64,000 nucleotides of DNA from Candidatus Dechloromonas phosphoritropha (GCA_016722705.1 JADKGN010000001.1:512744-576743), one strand, 5' to 3'. Positions 48,328-60,895 are shown, counted from the stretch's first letter. Translations and numbers: made by a program. Notes: generated by a model not told the origin, from the sequence alone.

Positions 48328-49947
48328 TTGCCCCGGCGTCCATCGCAGGCCTCCATCAGCGCAGACAGTCGCGGACAGGCGAAACTCATAGCCGCGCTAC
48401 GCAACCCCGTCTGTTATCCGCATCCGGCCGAGAAGGTCGAGGTGATCGAGACGCACATTTCTTACGTGCTGTTGAGCGGCGCCTACGCCTACAAGATCAA
48501 GAAGGCGGTCGCGCTGGGATTTCTCGATTTCAGCACCCTCGCCAGACGCCGCAGTTATTGCGAGGAGGAACTGCGTCTCAACCGTCGTCTGGCCCCTGAA
48601 CTTTATCTGGCGGTAGTCGCGATCACCGGCTCCCCCGATGCACCGCGCTTGGCCGGGAATGGCGAGGCAATCGAGTATGCGGTGCAGATGACCCGCTTCC
48701 CGCAGGAGGCGCTGCTCAACCGGCAATTGGCGGCAGGACGTCTTTCCCTGGATCTGATCGACCAACTCGCCGATGATCTGGCCGATTTTCATGGCCGTGC
48801 GGAACGAACTCCGCCTGACCGGCACTTCGGCTCGCCGGAAGCCGTCTGGGAACCGATGGCGCAGAACTTTGCTCAGCTTGGTGAACAGCTATCCGGCGCG
48901 GTCCACCACGCCCAGCTCGCCGACCTGGAAGCATGGAGTCGTCAGCGCTTCAACCAGTTGGCCGACCTGCTCGCAACCCGCCTGCGTGACGGCTGGGTCC
49001 GGGAGTGCCATGGCGACCTCCATCTCGGAAACATTGCGAGGACAGCTACCGGGTTGCGGATTTTCGACTGCATCGAATTTGACCCTGGACTGCGATGGAT
49101 CGACGTGCTCAACGAAATTGCCTTTCTGACCATGGACCTGGCGGAACGTGGCCGCGCCGACTACGGACATCGCCTGCTCAACCGCTATCTGGAAGCGACT
49201 GGCGACTATCGCGGCCTGCCTCTGCTCGCCTTTTACGCCGTCTACCGTGCACTGGTGCGGGCCAAGGTCGCCGCGATACGTGCCAGTCAGGAGGAGCCTG
49301 CAAGCAGGCTGGCGGAACTCGCCAGCTGCGATCGGTATCTGGCCTTTGCGGCGAACGCCACCTTGCCGGGTAAGCCCAGGCTGCTGCTCATGCATGGGCT
49401 TTCCGGTTCGGGGAAAAGCTGGCTCGCGCAGCAACTGCTGGAGAGACTGGGTGCTTTGCGCATCCGTTCGGATATCGAGCGCAAGCGCCTTTTCGGCCTG
49501 CCCGCCCTCGCCCGCAGTGACAGCGCTGTTGGCGACGGCATCTACGATGCAGCCGCAACTGCTGCAACCTACGACCGTCTCGTCGAACTGGCTGACGATA
49601 TCCTTGCGGCTGGCTATACGGTGCTGGTGGACGCAGCCACCCTCAAGACCTGGCAGCGCAAGGTGTTCCGGGACGTCGCGGCAGCGCGAGGGGTTCCCTT
49701 CGCCATCCTCGCCTGCGCTGCCCCGGAAACAGTCCTGCAGTGCCGCCTCGTAACTCGCCGGGCGGGTGGCCGCGACGCCTCGGAGGCAGACCGGGCAGTG
49801 CTGGCACAACAGATACGCGACCGCGAGACCTTTACGTCTGACGAAGAGGCCTGCTGCCTCAACATTGACACCAGCGGTCCTTTCCCGGAATACCTACCGG
49901 CGGCCTTGCAGGATATTCCGATCCTATCGCTCGCCGCCGGCACCTGA
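48328..49947 (+). CDS. Bifunctional APH-like phosphotransferase / AAA ATP-binding protein
   Basis: IETHISYVLLSGAYAYKIKK...CHGDLHLGN and ...GLSGSGKSWLA. The start (TTG 48328) is uncertain. Confidence 0.7.
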   Translation: MPRRPSQASISADSRGQAKLIAALRNPVCYPHPAEKVEVIETHISYVLLSGAYAYKIKKAVALGFLDFSTLARRRSYCEEELRLNRRLAPELYLAVVAITGSPDAPRLAGNGEAIEYAVQMTRFPQEALLNRQLAAGRLSLDLIDQLADDLADFHGRAERTPPDRHFGSPEAVWEPMAQNFAQLGEQLSGAVHHAQLADLEAWSRQRFNQLADLLATRLRDGWVRECHGDLHLGNIARTATGLRIFDCIEFDPGLRWIDVLNEIAFLTMDLAERGRADYGHRLLNRYLEATGDYRGLPLLAFYAVYRALVRAKVAAIRASQEEPASRLAELASCDRYLAFAANATLPGKPRLLLMHGLSGSGKSWLAQQLLERLGALRIRSDIERKRLFGLPALARSDSAVGDGIYDAAATAATYDRLVELADDILAAGYTVLVDAATLKTWQRKVFRDVAAARGVPFAILACAAPETVLQCRLVTRRAGGRDASEADRAVLAQQIRDRETFTSDEEACCLNIDTSGPFPEYLPAALQDIPILSLAAGT

Positions 49948-49991
49948 CGACATGCCGCTGACCGCCCGAGACGGACGTGTCGCGCGCGCTG

Positions 49992-50462
49992 ATGGAATAG
50001 CAGACCTTTACCCCCGAGGCCGATGTCGGCATCCGTGGCAGCGGCGCTACCCTGGCGGAGGCCTTTGCCGGCGCCACCACCGCGATGACGTCGGTAATCG
50101 GCAATCTGCGATCTGGATGCGATCTGGAACGAATCGTGGATCGCCACGCCGTGACCGTGGAATGCGCGGCGCCGGACGACGGACTGCTGCTCGTCGATTG
50201 GCTTGACGCCCTGATCCGCAATATGGCGACGCGGCACATGCTGTTTTCGCGATTCGATGCCAGCATCGAGTCTCACCATCCGACGGCCACCGCCTAGGGC
50301 GAGCCGATCGACATTTCGCGTCATCAGCCGGCTGCGGAGATGAAGGGTCCCTCCTATTGCGAACTGGCGGTCGGGCGACAAAGTGACGCCCGCTACCCAG
50401 CGCAGTGCGTCGTCGATGTTGGAGTCAAATTAGTACCCGAACCAATCAAGCGAAAGCCGGCA
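49992..50462 (+). pseudogene. Archease
   Basis: ME*QTFTPEADVGIRGSGATLAEAF...LLLVDWLDALI...*GEPID..EMKGPSYCELAV. In-frame TAG at 49998 and 50295. Confidence 0.6.
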
Positions 50463-50715
50463 ATGAACATTTTACGGCTGAAACGACGCGATGACTTCGA
50501 ATGGGGGGTTCTGGCGGTGGACCGAATGCGGGTGCCAGGGTTGTTTTTGCGTCGCGCGAACTGCTTGAAGCAATGGACGAATAGGTGACCGGGCAGGTGG
50601 CCAACGTCGCCAGCCTGCCCGGAATCGTCACGGCGTCGTACGCGATGCCCGACGCTCACTAGGACTATGGCTTTCCCATTGACAGTGTTGTCGCCTTCGA
50701 TGCCGAGGATGGCGC
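50463..50715 (+). pseudogene. rtcB: RtcB RNA ligase, 5' fragment
   Basis: ...MRVPGLF...[39 protein letters not shown] with two in-frame stops. Homology is then lost. Confidence 0.6.
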
Positions 50716-50915
50716 CGTCGTAGGCTTGAGCACAACCTGGCGTGTCAGCCAACGCGGCGTCCGGCGGCGTACTTCATCGGTCGTCAAGAGAAGCGCCGTA
50801 TTGCGCGATCGTCACGTCCAGCAACTGCCGCATCCGCTGCCAGTGCGCTCCTTACCAGGAGACGCGACCACAAAGATTGCAGACCGTAAAATAATCCGGT
50901 TTTACTTTAATAAAT

Positions 50916-51818
50916 CACTACTGTCCGGTCAAATGAGCACTCGAACTGCCGAGCGCCGTGACTGACGGGGCTTTCCGAGCGAAAAGGTGTGGTGTCGATT
51001 TGAAATCGGCGAAAAATGGCCCTTCGAAATTTTCTGAAGGGTGTTGCCATGAACGCCGGCAAGACACTGTTTTCCCAGTTGATGGATTTCCTGCCGTGGT
51101 CGACATTCAATCGCTATGTCACACGCTACAGCGGCGACAAAGGCGTTCGCACACTGAGTTGCGCCGAACAATTTCGGGTGATGGCCTTTGCACAACTGAC
51201 ATATCGGGAGAGCTTGCGGGACATCGAGACCTGTCTGTCGGCGCAATCCGCCAAGCTGTACCACATGGGATTTCGCGAGCCGGTACGGCGTGCGACATTG
51301 GCCGACGCAAACGAATCGCGGGATTGGCGCATCTACGCCGACTTTGCCGCGTGGCTGATTGTCCAGGCAAGAAAGCTCTATGCCAGCGAAGACTTGGGCC
51401 TGGAATTGTCGAACACCGTGTATGCGCTCGATTCGACCCCCATCGACCTGTGCCTGTCGGTATTTCCCTGGGCGCATTTCCGTACCACCAAGGCGGCGGT
51501 GAAGATGCATACGCTGCTCGACTTGTGACCAGAGGAAATCCCTGTGGGACGCGGCAGTATTCCCAGTTTTATCCACGTCTCCGACGGGAAACTGCACGAT
51601 GTCCATGCGCCGGACTTGCTGACCCCGGAAGCCGGTGCGATTTACGTCATGGATCGCGGTTATGTTGATTTCGCCCGCTTGCACAGGTTGCATCAGGCGG
51701 GGGCTTTCTTCGTGACCCGTGCCAAATCGAACCTGAATTCCCATCGCGTCTATTCGGCGCCAACCGACCGCAGTACCGGTATTCTCTGCGACCAGACGAT
51801 TGCCCTGGATGGCTATTA
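50916..51818 (+). mobile_element. IS4-family (DUF4372-type) element, 5' part, cut by a Tn21-like IR
   Basis: Left IR is CACTACTGTCCGGTCAAAT. The transposase frame is broken near 51528 and ends at the IR at 51819. Confidence 0.7.
51049..51818 (+). pseudogene. IS4-family transposase (DUF4372 N-terminus), frameshifted and truncated
   Basis: MNAGKTLFSQLMDFLPWSTFNRYV...AEQFRVMAFAQLTYRESLRDIE, then ...IPSFIHVSDGKLHDV in another frame. Confidence 0.7.
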
Positions 51819-51856
51819 GGGGTCGTCTCAGAAAACGGAAAAATCGTACGCTAAGC
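51819..51856. repeat. 38-bp Tn3-family (Tn21-subgroup-like) terminal inverted repeat
   Basis: GGGGTCGTCTCAGAAAACGGAAAAATCGTACGCTAAGC lies next to the tnpA 3' end. Confidence 0.8.
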
Positions 51857-51883
51857 CAATCGCAGCGGTCGTAGTGGCCTGAA

Positions 51884-54802
51884 TTATCCCGCGCCGACCT
51901 TGGCGCTGTTGCGCCACAGGTAATCACCAGTCAGGTTGATGTGCTCCCAGCCCAATGGTGACAAGTATTGCAACAACGCGTTATCGACAGCATGGCCGCT
52001 CCCACGCAGTGCGTTTGCCGCCCGCTCAAGATAGACCGTGTTCCACAGCACGATAGCAGCCGTCACCAGATTGAGGCCACTGGCCCGGTAGCGTTGCTGC
52101 TCGAAACTACGGTCGCGGATTTCGCCGAGGCGATTGAAGAACACGGCGCGGGCCAAGGCGTTACGTGCTTCACCCTTGTTCAGCCCAGCATTCACGCGGC
52201 GGCGCAACTCAACGCTTTGCAACCAGTCCAGAATAAACAGCGTGCGCTCGATGCGCCCCAACTCGCGCAGGGCGACGGCCAAGCCGTTCTGGCGCGGATA
52301 GCTGCCGAGCTTTCTCAGCATCAGCGAGGCAGTCACCGTGCCCTGCTTGATCGAGGTGGCCAACCGCAGGATTTCATCCCAATGTGCGCGAATGGCCTTG
52401 ATGTTCAGTCGGTCGCTGCTGATCATCGGCTTGAGCGCGTCGTAACTGGCTTCGCCTTTTGGAATAAACACCTTTGTGTCGCCCAGATCGCGGATTCGCG
52501 GTGCAAAACGGAAGCCCAGCAGGTGCATCAAGCCGAAGACGTGATCGGTAAAGCCCGCCGTGTCGGTGTAGTGTTCCTCGATGCGCAAGTCGGACTCGTG
52601 ATACAGCAGGCCGTCGAGCACATAGGTTGAATCGCGCACGCCCACGTTGACCACCTTGATGTGAAACGGCGCGTACTGGTCAGAAATGTGGGTGTAGAAA
52701 GTTCGCCCTGGGCTGCTGCCATATTTCGGGTTGATGTGACCTGTGCTCTCTGCTTTGCTACCGGTTCTGAAATTCTGGCCATCTGACGATGACGTAGTGG
52801 CGTCACCCCAATGTGCGGCAAAGGGATGCCGGAACTGCGCGTTCACCAACTCGGCCAGTGCTGTCGAATAGGTTTCGTCACGGATATGCCAGGCTTGCAG
52901 CCAAGACAGCTTGGCGTAGGTCGTGCCAGGGCAAGACTCGGCCATTTTGGTCAGACCCAGGTTGATCGCATCGGCCAGGACGGCGCACAGCAGCAGGTGC
53001 TTGTCCTTGGCCAGGTCGCCCGATTTCAGGTGTGCGAAGTGCCGGGTGAAACCCGTCCACTCATCCACCTCCAACAACAATTCGGTGATCTTGATGTGCG
53101 GCAGAGACATCGCCGTCTGGTCGATCAGCGCCTGCGCGGTGTCGGGCACCGCCGCATCCAGCGGCGTGATCTTCAAGCCGGACTCGGTGATGATGGCGTC
53201 CGGCAAGTCGTTGGCCAGCGCCATGCGGTTGACGGCAGCAAGCTACGCTTCCAGCAGCGTCAGCCGCTCGTGCAGGTACTTGTCGCAGTCGGTGGCCACG
53301 GCCAGTGGCAATTCACTGGCCTGCTTGAGGCTGGCGAATTTCTCGGGCGGCACCAGGTAGTCCTCGAAGTCCTTGAACTGGCGCGATCCCTGTACCCAGA
53401 TGTCGCCAGAACGTAGCGCGTTCTTCAGTTCCGACAACGCGCACAACTCGTAGTAGCGCCGGTCGATACCGGCGTCGCTCATCACCAGTTTCTCCCAGCG
53501 TTTCTTGATGAAGCCGGTCGGGGCCTCGTTGGGCACCTTGCGGGCGTTGTCGGCATTCATGCCGCGCAGCACCTCGATGCCTTCGAGCACATCCTTGGCG
53601 GCAGGCGCAGCCCGCAGCTTGAGCACGGCCAGGAATTCCGGCGCGTAGCTCTCGCCGATACGGTGCAGGAAATCGAAGTCCTCGGGCTGCGCGAGCTTCT
53701 GCGCCTCGGTGACGCTCTCGGCAAAAGCGTCCCAGGACATGACGGCCTCAATGGCGGCGAACGGGTCGCGTCCCGACTGCTTGGCTTCGATCAAGGTGTG
53801 GCCGATACGTCCATACAGGCGCACCTTGGCGTTGATCGCCTTGCCGGATGCCTGGAACTGCTGCTGATGCTTGTTCTTGGCCGCGTTGAACAGCTTGCCC
53901 AGGATGCGGTCGTGTAGGTCGATAATCTCATCGGTGACGGTGGCCATGCCCTCGATGGCGAGCGCCACGAGGGTGGCATACTGCCGCTGCGGCTCGAACT
54001 TGGCCAGGTCGGCGGGCGTCATCTGTCCGCCCTCGCGGGCGATCTTGAGCAGGCGGTTTTGATGAACCAGCCGCTCGATGCCTGCGGGCAGGTCGAGCGC
54101 TTGCCAGGCTTTGAGGCGTTCGATGTGTTCGAGCATGTGCCGCGAGTTTGGTTTGGCCGGTGACTGGCGCAGCCAGGCCAGCCAAGTGGTCTTGCCGTTG
54201 TAGCGGCGTTTGAGCAGGTCATCAAGGCGACGGCGATGCGTGTCCGACAACGGCTCGGACAAGGCTTCGTGGATGCGTCGGTTGGCGCGGGTGATCGCTT
54301 CAGCGCAGACACGTTCAATAACATCCAGTGCTGGAATAATGATGTGCTGGTGACGCAGTGCATCGAGGACGCTGGCGGCCAGCACAATGCCTTTATCGGT
54401 TTGCATGGCCAACTCGGTTGCCGCGTGGACGGCTTGCCGGTAGTGGGCTAGGCCGAACGGCTCTACGCGCAGGTAGGCGCGTAGTTCGAGCAGATGCTCA
54501 CGCCGGGTTTCTTCGCGTTCGGCATACTGTGGCCAGCACGCCGCATCGGTACGCAGTTGCCGTCCGACCCAGTGCAAAAAGGACACCGACACGGCGGCAT
54601 CGGGCAGCAGGCCCTGACCGGGGTAGCGCAGCAAGCACAGTTGCACCGCGACACCCAGCCTGTTTGCATCACCACGCCGTTGGCGGATCAACGACAGGTC
54701 GGCATCGCTGAGTGTGTAGTGCCGGATCAGTTCGTCTTCTGCATCTGGCAAAGCCAGCAGGCTTGCCCGCTCAGCGGTCGACAAGATGGAACGACGCGGC
54801 AT
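51884..54802 (-). pseudogene. tnpA: Tn3-family (Tn21-like) transposase with internal amber codon
   Basis: ORFs 53243-54802 and 51884-53224 are one frame interrupted by TAG at 53243-53245 (..[21 protein letters not shown]..). Confidence 0.85.
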
Positions 54803-54841
54803 AGCTATCCAGTTCTCAAGTATTGGTACAAGATTCCACGG

Positions 54842-54866
54842 CTGTCGTTTTCAGAAGACTGATGTA
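54842..54866. repeat. Tn402/Tn5053-type 25-bp terminal repeat
   Basis: TGTCGTTTTCAGAAGACTGATGTAC. The first 17 nt equal the class 1 integron/Tn402 IR as I recall it. Confidence 0.6.
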
Positions 54867-55040
54867 CCAAACGTCAGAAGTGGATTGCACTGCGGAAGAA
54901 GCTCCCTGCTGCTGATAGCACACAGCGGCCAAAACCTGACGTTGCATCATCAGGTTCGTGTCCGTGCAGGAATCTGTCATTCGCTGCGGCTGAGCGGGCG
55001 GGCGCACCAAACGGCATTGGTCACTTAACTAGCGTCACCC

Positions 55041-55934
55041 TCAGGCCCGGTATCGAAGCGCGTCAATAACCAAGGCAAAAGCTCGAGAGTGCTCGCGACG
55101 GCTGGGGTAGAAGATGTGTAGCCCAGGAAACGTCGGGGACCAATCCTCCAAAACCCATCGCAGGCGGCCGGCGGCGACATGAGGCTCGGCCAAGTACGCT
55201 GGAACGAAGGCTAGGCCCGCTCCGTCGACGGCAGCGTTGAGCATCTGGTAGACGCCATTGCAGGTCAGTTGGCCGTCGACACGCGCCTGCACTTCGCGCT
55301 TGCCCTTCTTCAACTCCCAGGCGTAGATGTCGCCGCGCGTGGGCAGCCGCAGCGTGATGCAACTATGCTGAAGCAATTCCTGCGGCCCCTTGGGCGCCGG
55401 ACGGCTCTTGAGGTAGGCCGGAGACCCTACGACACCCATCCGCATGTCCGGCCCCACACGCACAGCCACCATGTCCTTGGCTATCTGATCGCCCCAACGT
55501 ACGCCGATGTCGAATTTGTTGGCCGCGATGTCGGTCAGCACGAAGTCGATACTGAGTTCGATCTTGATGTCGGGATAGGCGGCCAAGACCGGCGCCAGGC
55601 GTGGCCACAGAACCGTATCGGCTGCGAAGTCGGTCGTGGTGATGCGGATCGTGCCCGCAGGCTTGTCGCGCAGTTCGCTGATCGCAGCAAGTTCGCTCTC
55701 GATCGCCTCGATTCGGGGGCCTGCACTCTGCAGAAGCCGCTCACCCGCCTCGGTGGGTGACACGCTACGAGTCGTGCGGGTCAGCAACCGCACCCCCACG
55801 CGTGTTTCAAGCGTGCGAATAGTGTGGCTCAGGGCCGTTGGCGAGACGCCGAGCTTGGCGGCAGCCCGGGTGAAGCTGCGCTCCTGCGCCACCGCCAGAA
55901 AAACCAATAAATCACTGATGTTGTCGCGCCGCAT
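55041..55934 (-). CDS. LysR-family transcriptional regulator
   Basis: ...FLAVAQERSFTRAAAKLGVSPTALSHTIRTLE... Confidence 0.85.
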   Translation of the reverse strand: MRRDNISDLLVFLAVAQERSFTRAAAKLGVSPTALSHTIRTLETRVGVRLLTRTTRSVSPTEAGERLLQSAGPRIEAIESELAAISELRDKPAGTIRITTTDFAADTVLWPRLAPVLAAYPDIKIELSIDFVLTDIAANKFDIGVRWGDQIAKDMVAVRVGPDMRMGVVGSPAYLKSRPAPKGPQELLQHSCITLRLPTRGDIYAWELKKGKREVQARVDGQLTCNGVYQMLNAAVDGAGLAFVPAYLAEPHVAAGRLRWVLEDWSPTFPGLHIFYPSRREHSRAFALVIDALRYRA

Positions 55935-56029
55935 TGCTGAACTATGTTCACAAGACTATGCTATTTATACCAGCTAGTCATCTATGCCAGCAAGTCCTAG
56001 ACTTCTCAGCATCGAATCGAAAGGCACAT

Positions 56030-56362
56030 ATGAACAACGAGCAAACGATTAGCGGTGCCCAGCGCGCCTTTGGCGACCTCGCAACCAAGCTGGCAGAAAT
56101 CACTGACAAGGTGTTGTTTGGCGATGTCTGGAAGCGCCCTGACTTGTCCCTGCGGGATCGCAGTCTGATCACCTGCGCCGCGCTGGTGGCCACAGGCAAG
56201 ACCGAGCAGATCGATTACCACTTCCCTTTGGCCGTCACCAATGGCGTGACCCAAGCGGAGCTGGTCGAACTCATCACCCACCTGGCCTTCTACGTCGGCT
56301 GGCCGAGTGCAATGTCAGCCATCACCAAAGCGAAGGCTTTGTTCGGCACGGAAGCACCTTGA
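56030..56362 (+). CDS. Carboxymuconolactone decarboxylase family protein
   Basis: ...FGDVWKRPDLSLRDRSLITCAAL...THLAFYVGWPSA. Confidence 0.8.
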   Translation: MNNEQTISGAQRAFGDLATKLAEITDKVLFGDVWKRPDLSLRDRSLITCAALVATGKTEQIDYHFPLAVTNGVTQAELVELITHLAFYVGWPSAMSAITKAKALFGTEAP

Positions 56363-56394
56363 AGTCTCTCTCAACAGAACAGAAAGGAATAGCC

Positions 56395-56778
56395 ATGCGC
56401 AAGTGGTCAGACGCAGAGTTGCGCGGCATGGTCGAGGCAGACGACCTCCACATTGCACCCCTTCGCGAGGACGGCATCACCTATGGCATGCCGACCTGGA
56501 TTTGGTGCGTTGCGGTGGACGGCGAGTTGTTTGTGCGCGGTTACCACGGGTAACGGTCCACTTGGTACCAGGCGGCCATGAGCCAACGTGCGGGGCGCAT
56601 CGTCGCGACTGGCAAGACGACGGAAGTCGCTTTTGAGTCGGTCGACGGGCCGCTCAATAACCATATCGACGATGCGTACCGCGCCAAGTACGGCAGTAGT
56701 GAGTACCTCGCCCCGATGATTGCCGCGTCGGCACGCTCGGCAACGGTGCAAATCAACCCTCGCGAGCAAGCTCGCTGA
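56395..56778 (+). pseudogene. DUF2255-family protein with in-frame TAA
   Basis: ...ELFVRGYHG*RSTWYQAAMSQRAGRI... Stop at 56551-56553. Confidence 0.6.
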
Positions 56779-56822
56779 GTTAGCAATGCATGCCCGATCG
56801 ACGGGCGAGAATGGGAAACACC

Positions 56823-57259
56823 ATGGAACTCAAACGCGCGGGCTCGCAGCCCTCCATACCCGGCCCTGCGGAATTCTTTACCGGCACCGTCCGCATCGAC
56901 CCATTGAACGCGCCGCCTCCGCCAGCGCGCGTGTCGTGCGCCAGCGTGACCTTCGAGCCGGGCGCACGTACTGCGTGGCATACCCACCCATTGGGCCAGA
57001 CCCTGCTCGTCACGGCCGGATGCGGCTGGACCCAGTGCGAAGGCGAGCCCATCGTCGAGATCCGTGCCGGTGACGTGATCTGGTGTCCGCCCGGCCACAA
57101 GCATTGGCATGGTGCCACGCCAACCACGGCCATGACCCACATCGCCATCCAGGAGGCCCTCGACGGTAAGAACGTCGAGTGGCTTCAGAAGGTCACCGAT
57201 GCGGAATACATCGTTGGTCCGGCCAACGAACAACGGCACAGTCATCAAGGAGTATCGCC

Positions 57260-57263
<4 letters not shown>
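56823..57263 (+). CDS. Cupin-domain protein
   Basis: ...[20 protein letters not shown]...[10 protein letters not shown]. Confidence 0.75.
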
Positions 57264-59027
<1,764 letters not shown>

Positions 59028-59137
59028 TTCCATTTGTCATTATCTCCCTGAAAAAGTCGTTAACATTCAGCACGTTACGCCATCATCTTGTAAACCCATC
59101 GGAAATCACGTCTACTCTCGTCTTTTGGGTGCCCCCA

Positions 59138-60256
59138 ATGAGCGCGACGAAAGGTCTGGTTTTGATGGAATGCTTGAACGAAATCGATGATCCCCGGAAG
59201 GCCAGCAATGGGACGCGGCATGACTTTCGGGAGATGCTCGTGATGGCGATCGCCGGTGTTCTCTCGGATTGCGACAGTGTGGAAGACGCTGCTGCCTGGG
59301 CGCAATCGCGTGAGCAGTGGTTGCGTCGGTTTCTGGTGCTGAAAAATGGCGTGCCGTCCGAAGACACCTTTCTGCGACTCTTTCGCCTGCTTGATCCTGG
59401 GCAATTCGAAGCCAGCTTCCGGCGCTGGGTGACTCAGGCCGTACCGACGTTGGCAGGAACGATTGCGGTCGACGGCAAAACGGTGCGTGGATCGGGCAAT
59501 GGTGGCGAAGACGCCATTCACCTGGTTAGCGCCTTCGCCACCCAACTGGGCATTGCCCTGGGTCAGGAGAAGGTCTGCGGCAAGAGCAACGAAATCACCG
59601 CCATTCCCGAATTGCTTGAAGCGCTTGCGATCGACGGCTTTCTGGTCAGTATCGATGCCATGGGCTGCCAGCGCGCCATTGCCCGAAAGATCATTGACAA
59701 AAAAGCGGATTACCTGCTCGCCGTCAAAGGCAATCAACCCAAGCTGTTCAACGCGATCCAGGGCGCTTTCATTGATCGTCGAGAGACAGCGGGGCGAAAC
59801 GAACACGTCGAGAAATCGCATGGCCGCGTGGTGGCGCAAATCGCGTCGATCCTGCCAGCGGAAGGCGTCGTGGTGTTGGCTGACTGGCCGGAGTGCGCCG
59901 TCATTGGCCGCATTGACTCGGTACGTCAGGTCACCGGCAAGGCGGCGACGCTGGAGCAACGGTATTACATTGCCTCGCGGGCTTTGACGCCTGAGCAACT
60001 GGCCCAAGCGGCCCGTAGCCATTGGGGAATCGAGAACCAACTTCATTGGATGCTTGATGTCACGATGGGCGAGGACGGCAGTACGGTGCGTGAAGACCAT
60101 GCGCCACAAAACCTCTCCCTGCTCAAGAAGATCGTCCTCAATCTCATTCGCCTGGATAAGACCGACAAAAAGAAATGCAGCTTGCGCTTGAAGCGCAAGC
60201 GGGCGGCCTGGGATGATGAGGTACGCATGAATATGTTGGGGTTTCAGGCATTATGA
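59138..60256 (+). CDS. ISAs1-family transposase
   Basis: ...IDDPRKASNGTRHDFREML...AIDGKTVRGS...SIDAMGCQ...HWGIENQLHWMLDV. Confidence 0.85.
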   Translation: MSATKGLVLMECLNEIDDPRKASNGTRHDFREMLVMAIAGVLSDCDSVEDAAAWAQSREQWLRRFLVLKNGVPSEDTFLRLFRLLDPGQFEASFRRWVTQAVPTLAGTIAVDGKTVRGSGNGGEDAIHLVSAFATQLGIALGQEKVCGKSNEITAIPELLEALAIDGFLVSIDAMGCQRAIARKIIDKKADYLLAVKGNQPKLFNAIQGAFIDRRETAGRNEHVEKSHGRVVAQIASILPAEGVVVLADWPECAVIGRIDSVRQVTGKAATLEQRYYIASRALTPEQLAQAARSHWGIENQLHWMLDVTMGEDGSTVREDHAPQNLSLLKKIVLNLIRLDKTDKKKCSLRLKRKRAAWDDEVRMNMLGFQAL

Positions 60257-60710
60257 TTTTCGAGTGCGGAGGCCCTGGCGCTACCCCGAGGCGGTCGAGC
60301 GGATGAGCGAACACTGAGTTCAGCTTTGGAGATGAATATGAAGCACTCAAACACCAGCCGCGTGAGCGTCAGCGCGTTCGGCGACCCCGAGCAATTGGTC
60401 GTCGAGTCGTTAAGTCGATAGGGCAGAAGTAAATGGCGTTCTCGCCCATGACAAGACTATTTTTGATGAAGAATACCGTGAGAATATCCGCCACATAAAT
60501 TCCGAAATTGGCTTTGAGCAAAATCCCCCTTTGATATCGGAAAGAGAACATCTGGCGGATGATCTATCCGCCGTTTGTGACCACGTCCGATTATTGTAGT
60601 GATACGGTGTTCAGGCAAACTCGGGCACTCATGAAGTGGAACTTTATGCACGCCAGCATTGATACTGGTGTTGCCTGAACGTCTGTTTCGGTTGGGTGCT
60701 GCCGTTAATT

Positions 60711-60830
60711 TCATTTGCAATTAATTTGAGCACGCTGAAATGGAATGCAAGCCGGTGCCGACGAATGCAAGCTCATTTGCACTTAATGTGAGCATGAGCG
60801 GCTTTTCATTTGCAGTTAATTCGAGCCGGG
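60711..60830. repeat. Three about 22-bp direct repeats plus shorter GAATGC(A/G)AGC repeats
   Basis: TCATTTGCAATTAATTTGAGCA (60711), TCATTTGCACTTAATGTGAGCA (60773), TCATTTGCAGTTAATTCGAGCC (60806). Confidence 0.5.
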
Positions 60831-60895
60831 AATGGCGTCGAATGCGAGCACGGCCAGTTGCAAATGCGAGCCGTTATAACTAGCGGTGCAAGCTG

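Noticed and set aside
46185-56553. Recurrent in-frame stop codons (46185 TAA, 49998 TAG, 50295 TAG, 53243 TAG, 56551 TAA) as evidence of stop-codon reassignment or programmed read-through.
   Set aside because: All three stop codons terminate well-supported intact genes elsewhere in the window. The internal stops occur only in mobile or otherwise decayed DNA. Ordinary pseudogenisation is the simpler reading.
60609-60680. The 10-bp inverted repeat GTTCAGGCAA ... TTGCCTGAAC as an integron attC site, given the nearby Tn402-like end.
   Set aside because: The order of the core-site-like motifs is the reverse of an attC (RYYYAAC first, GTTRRRY last). No intI or cassette structure is visible.
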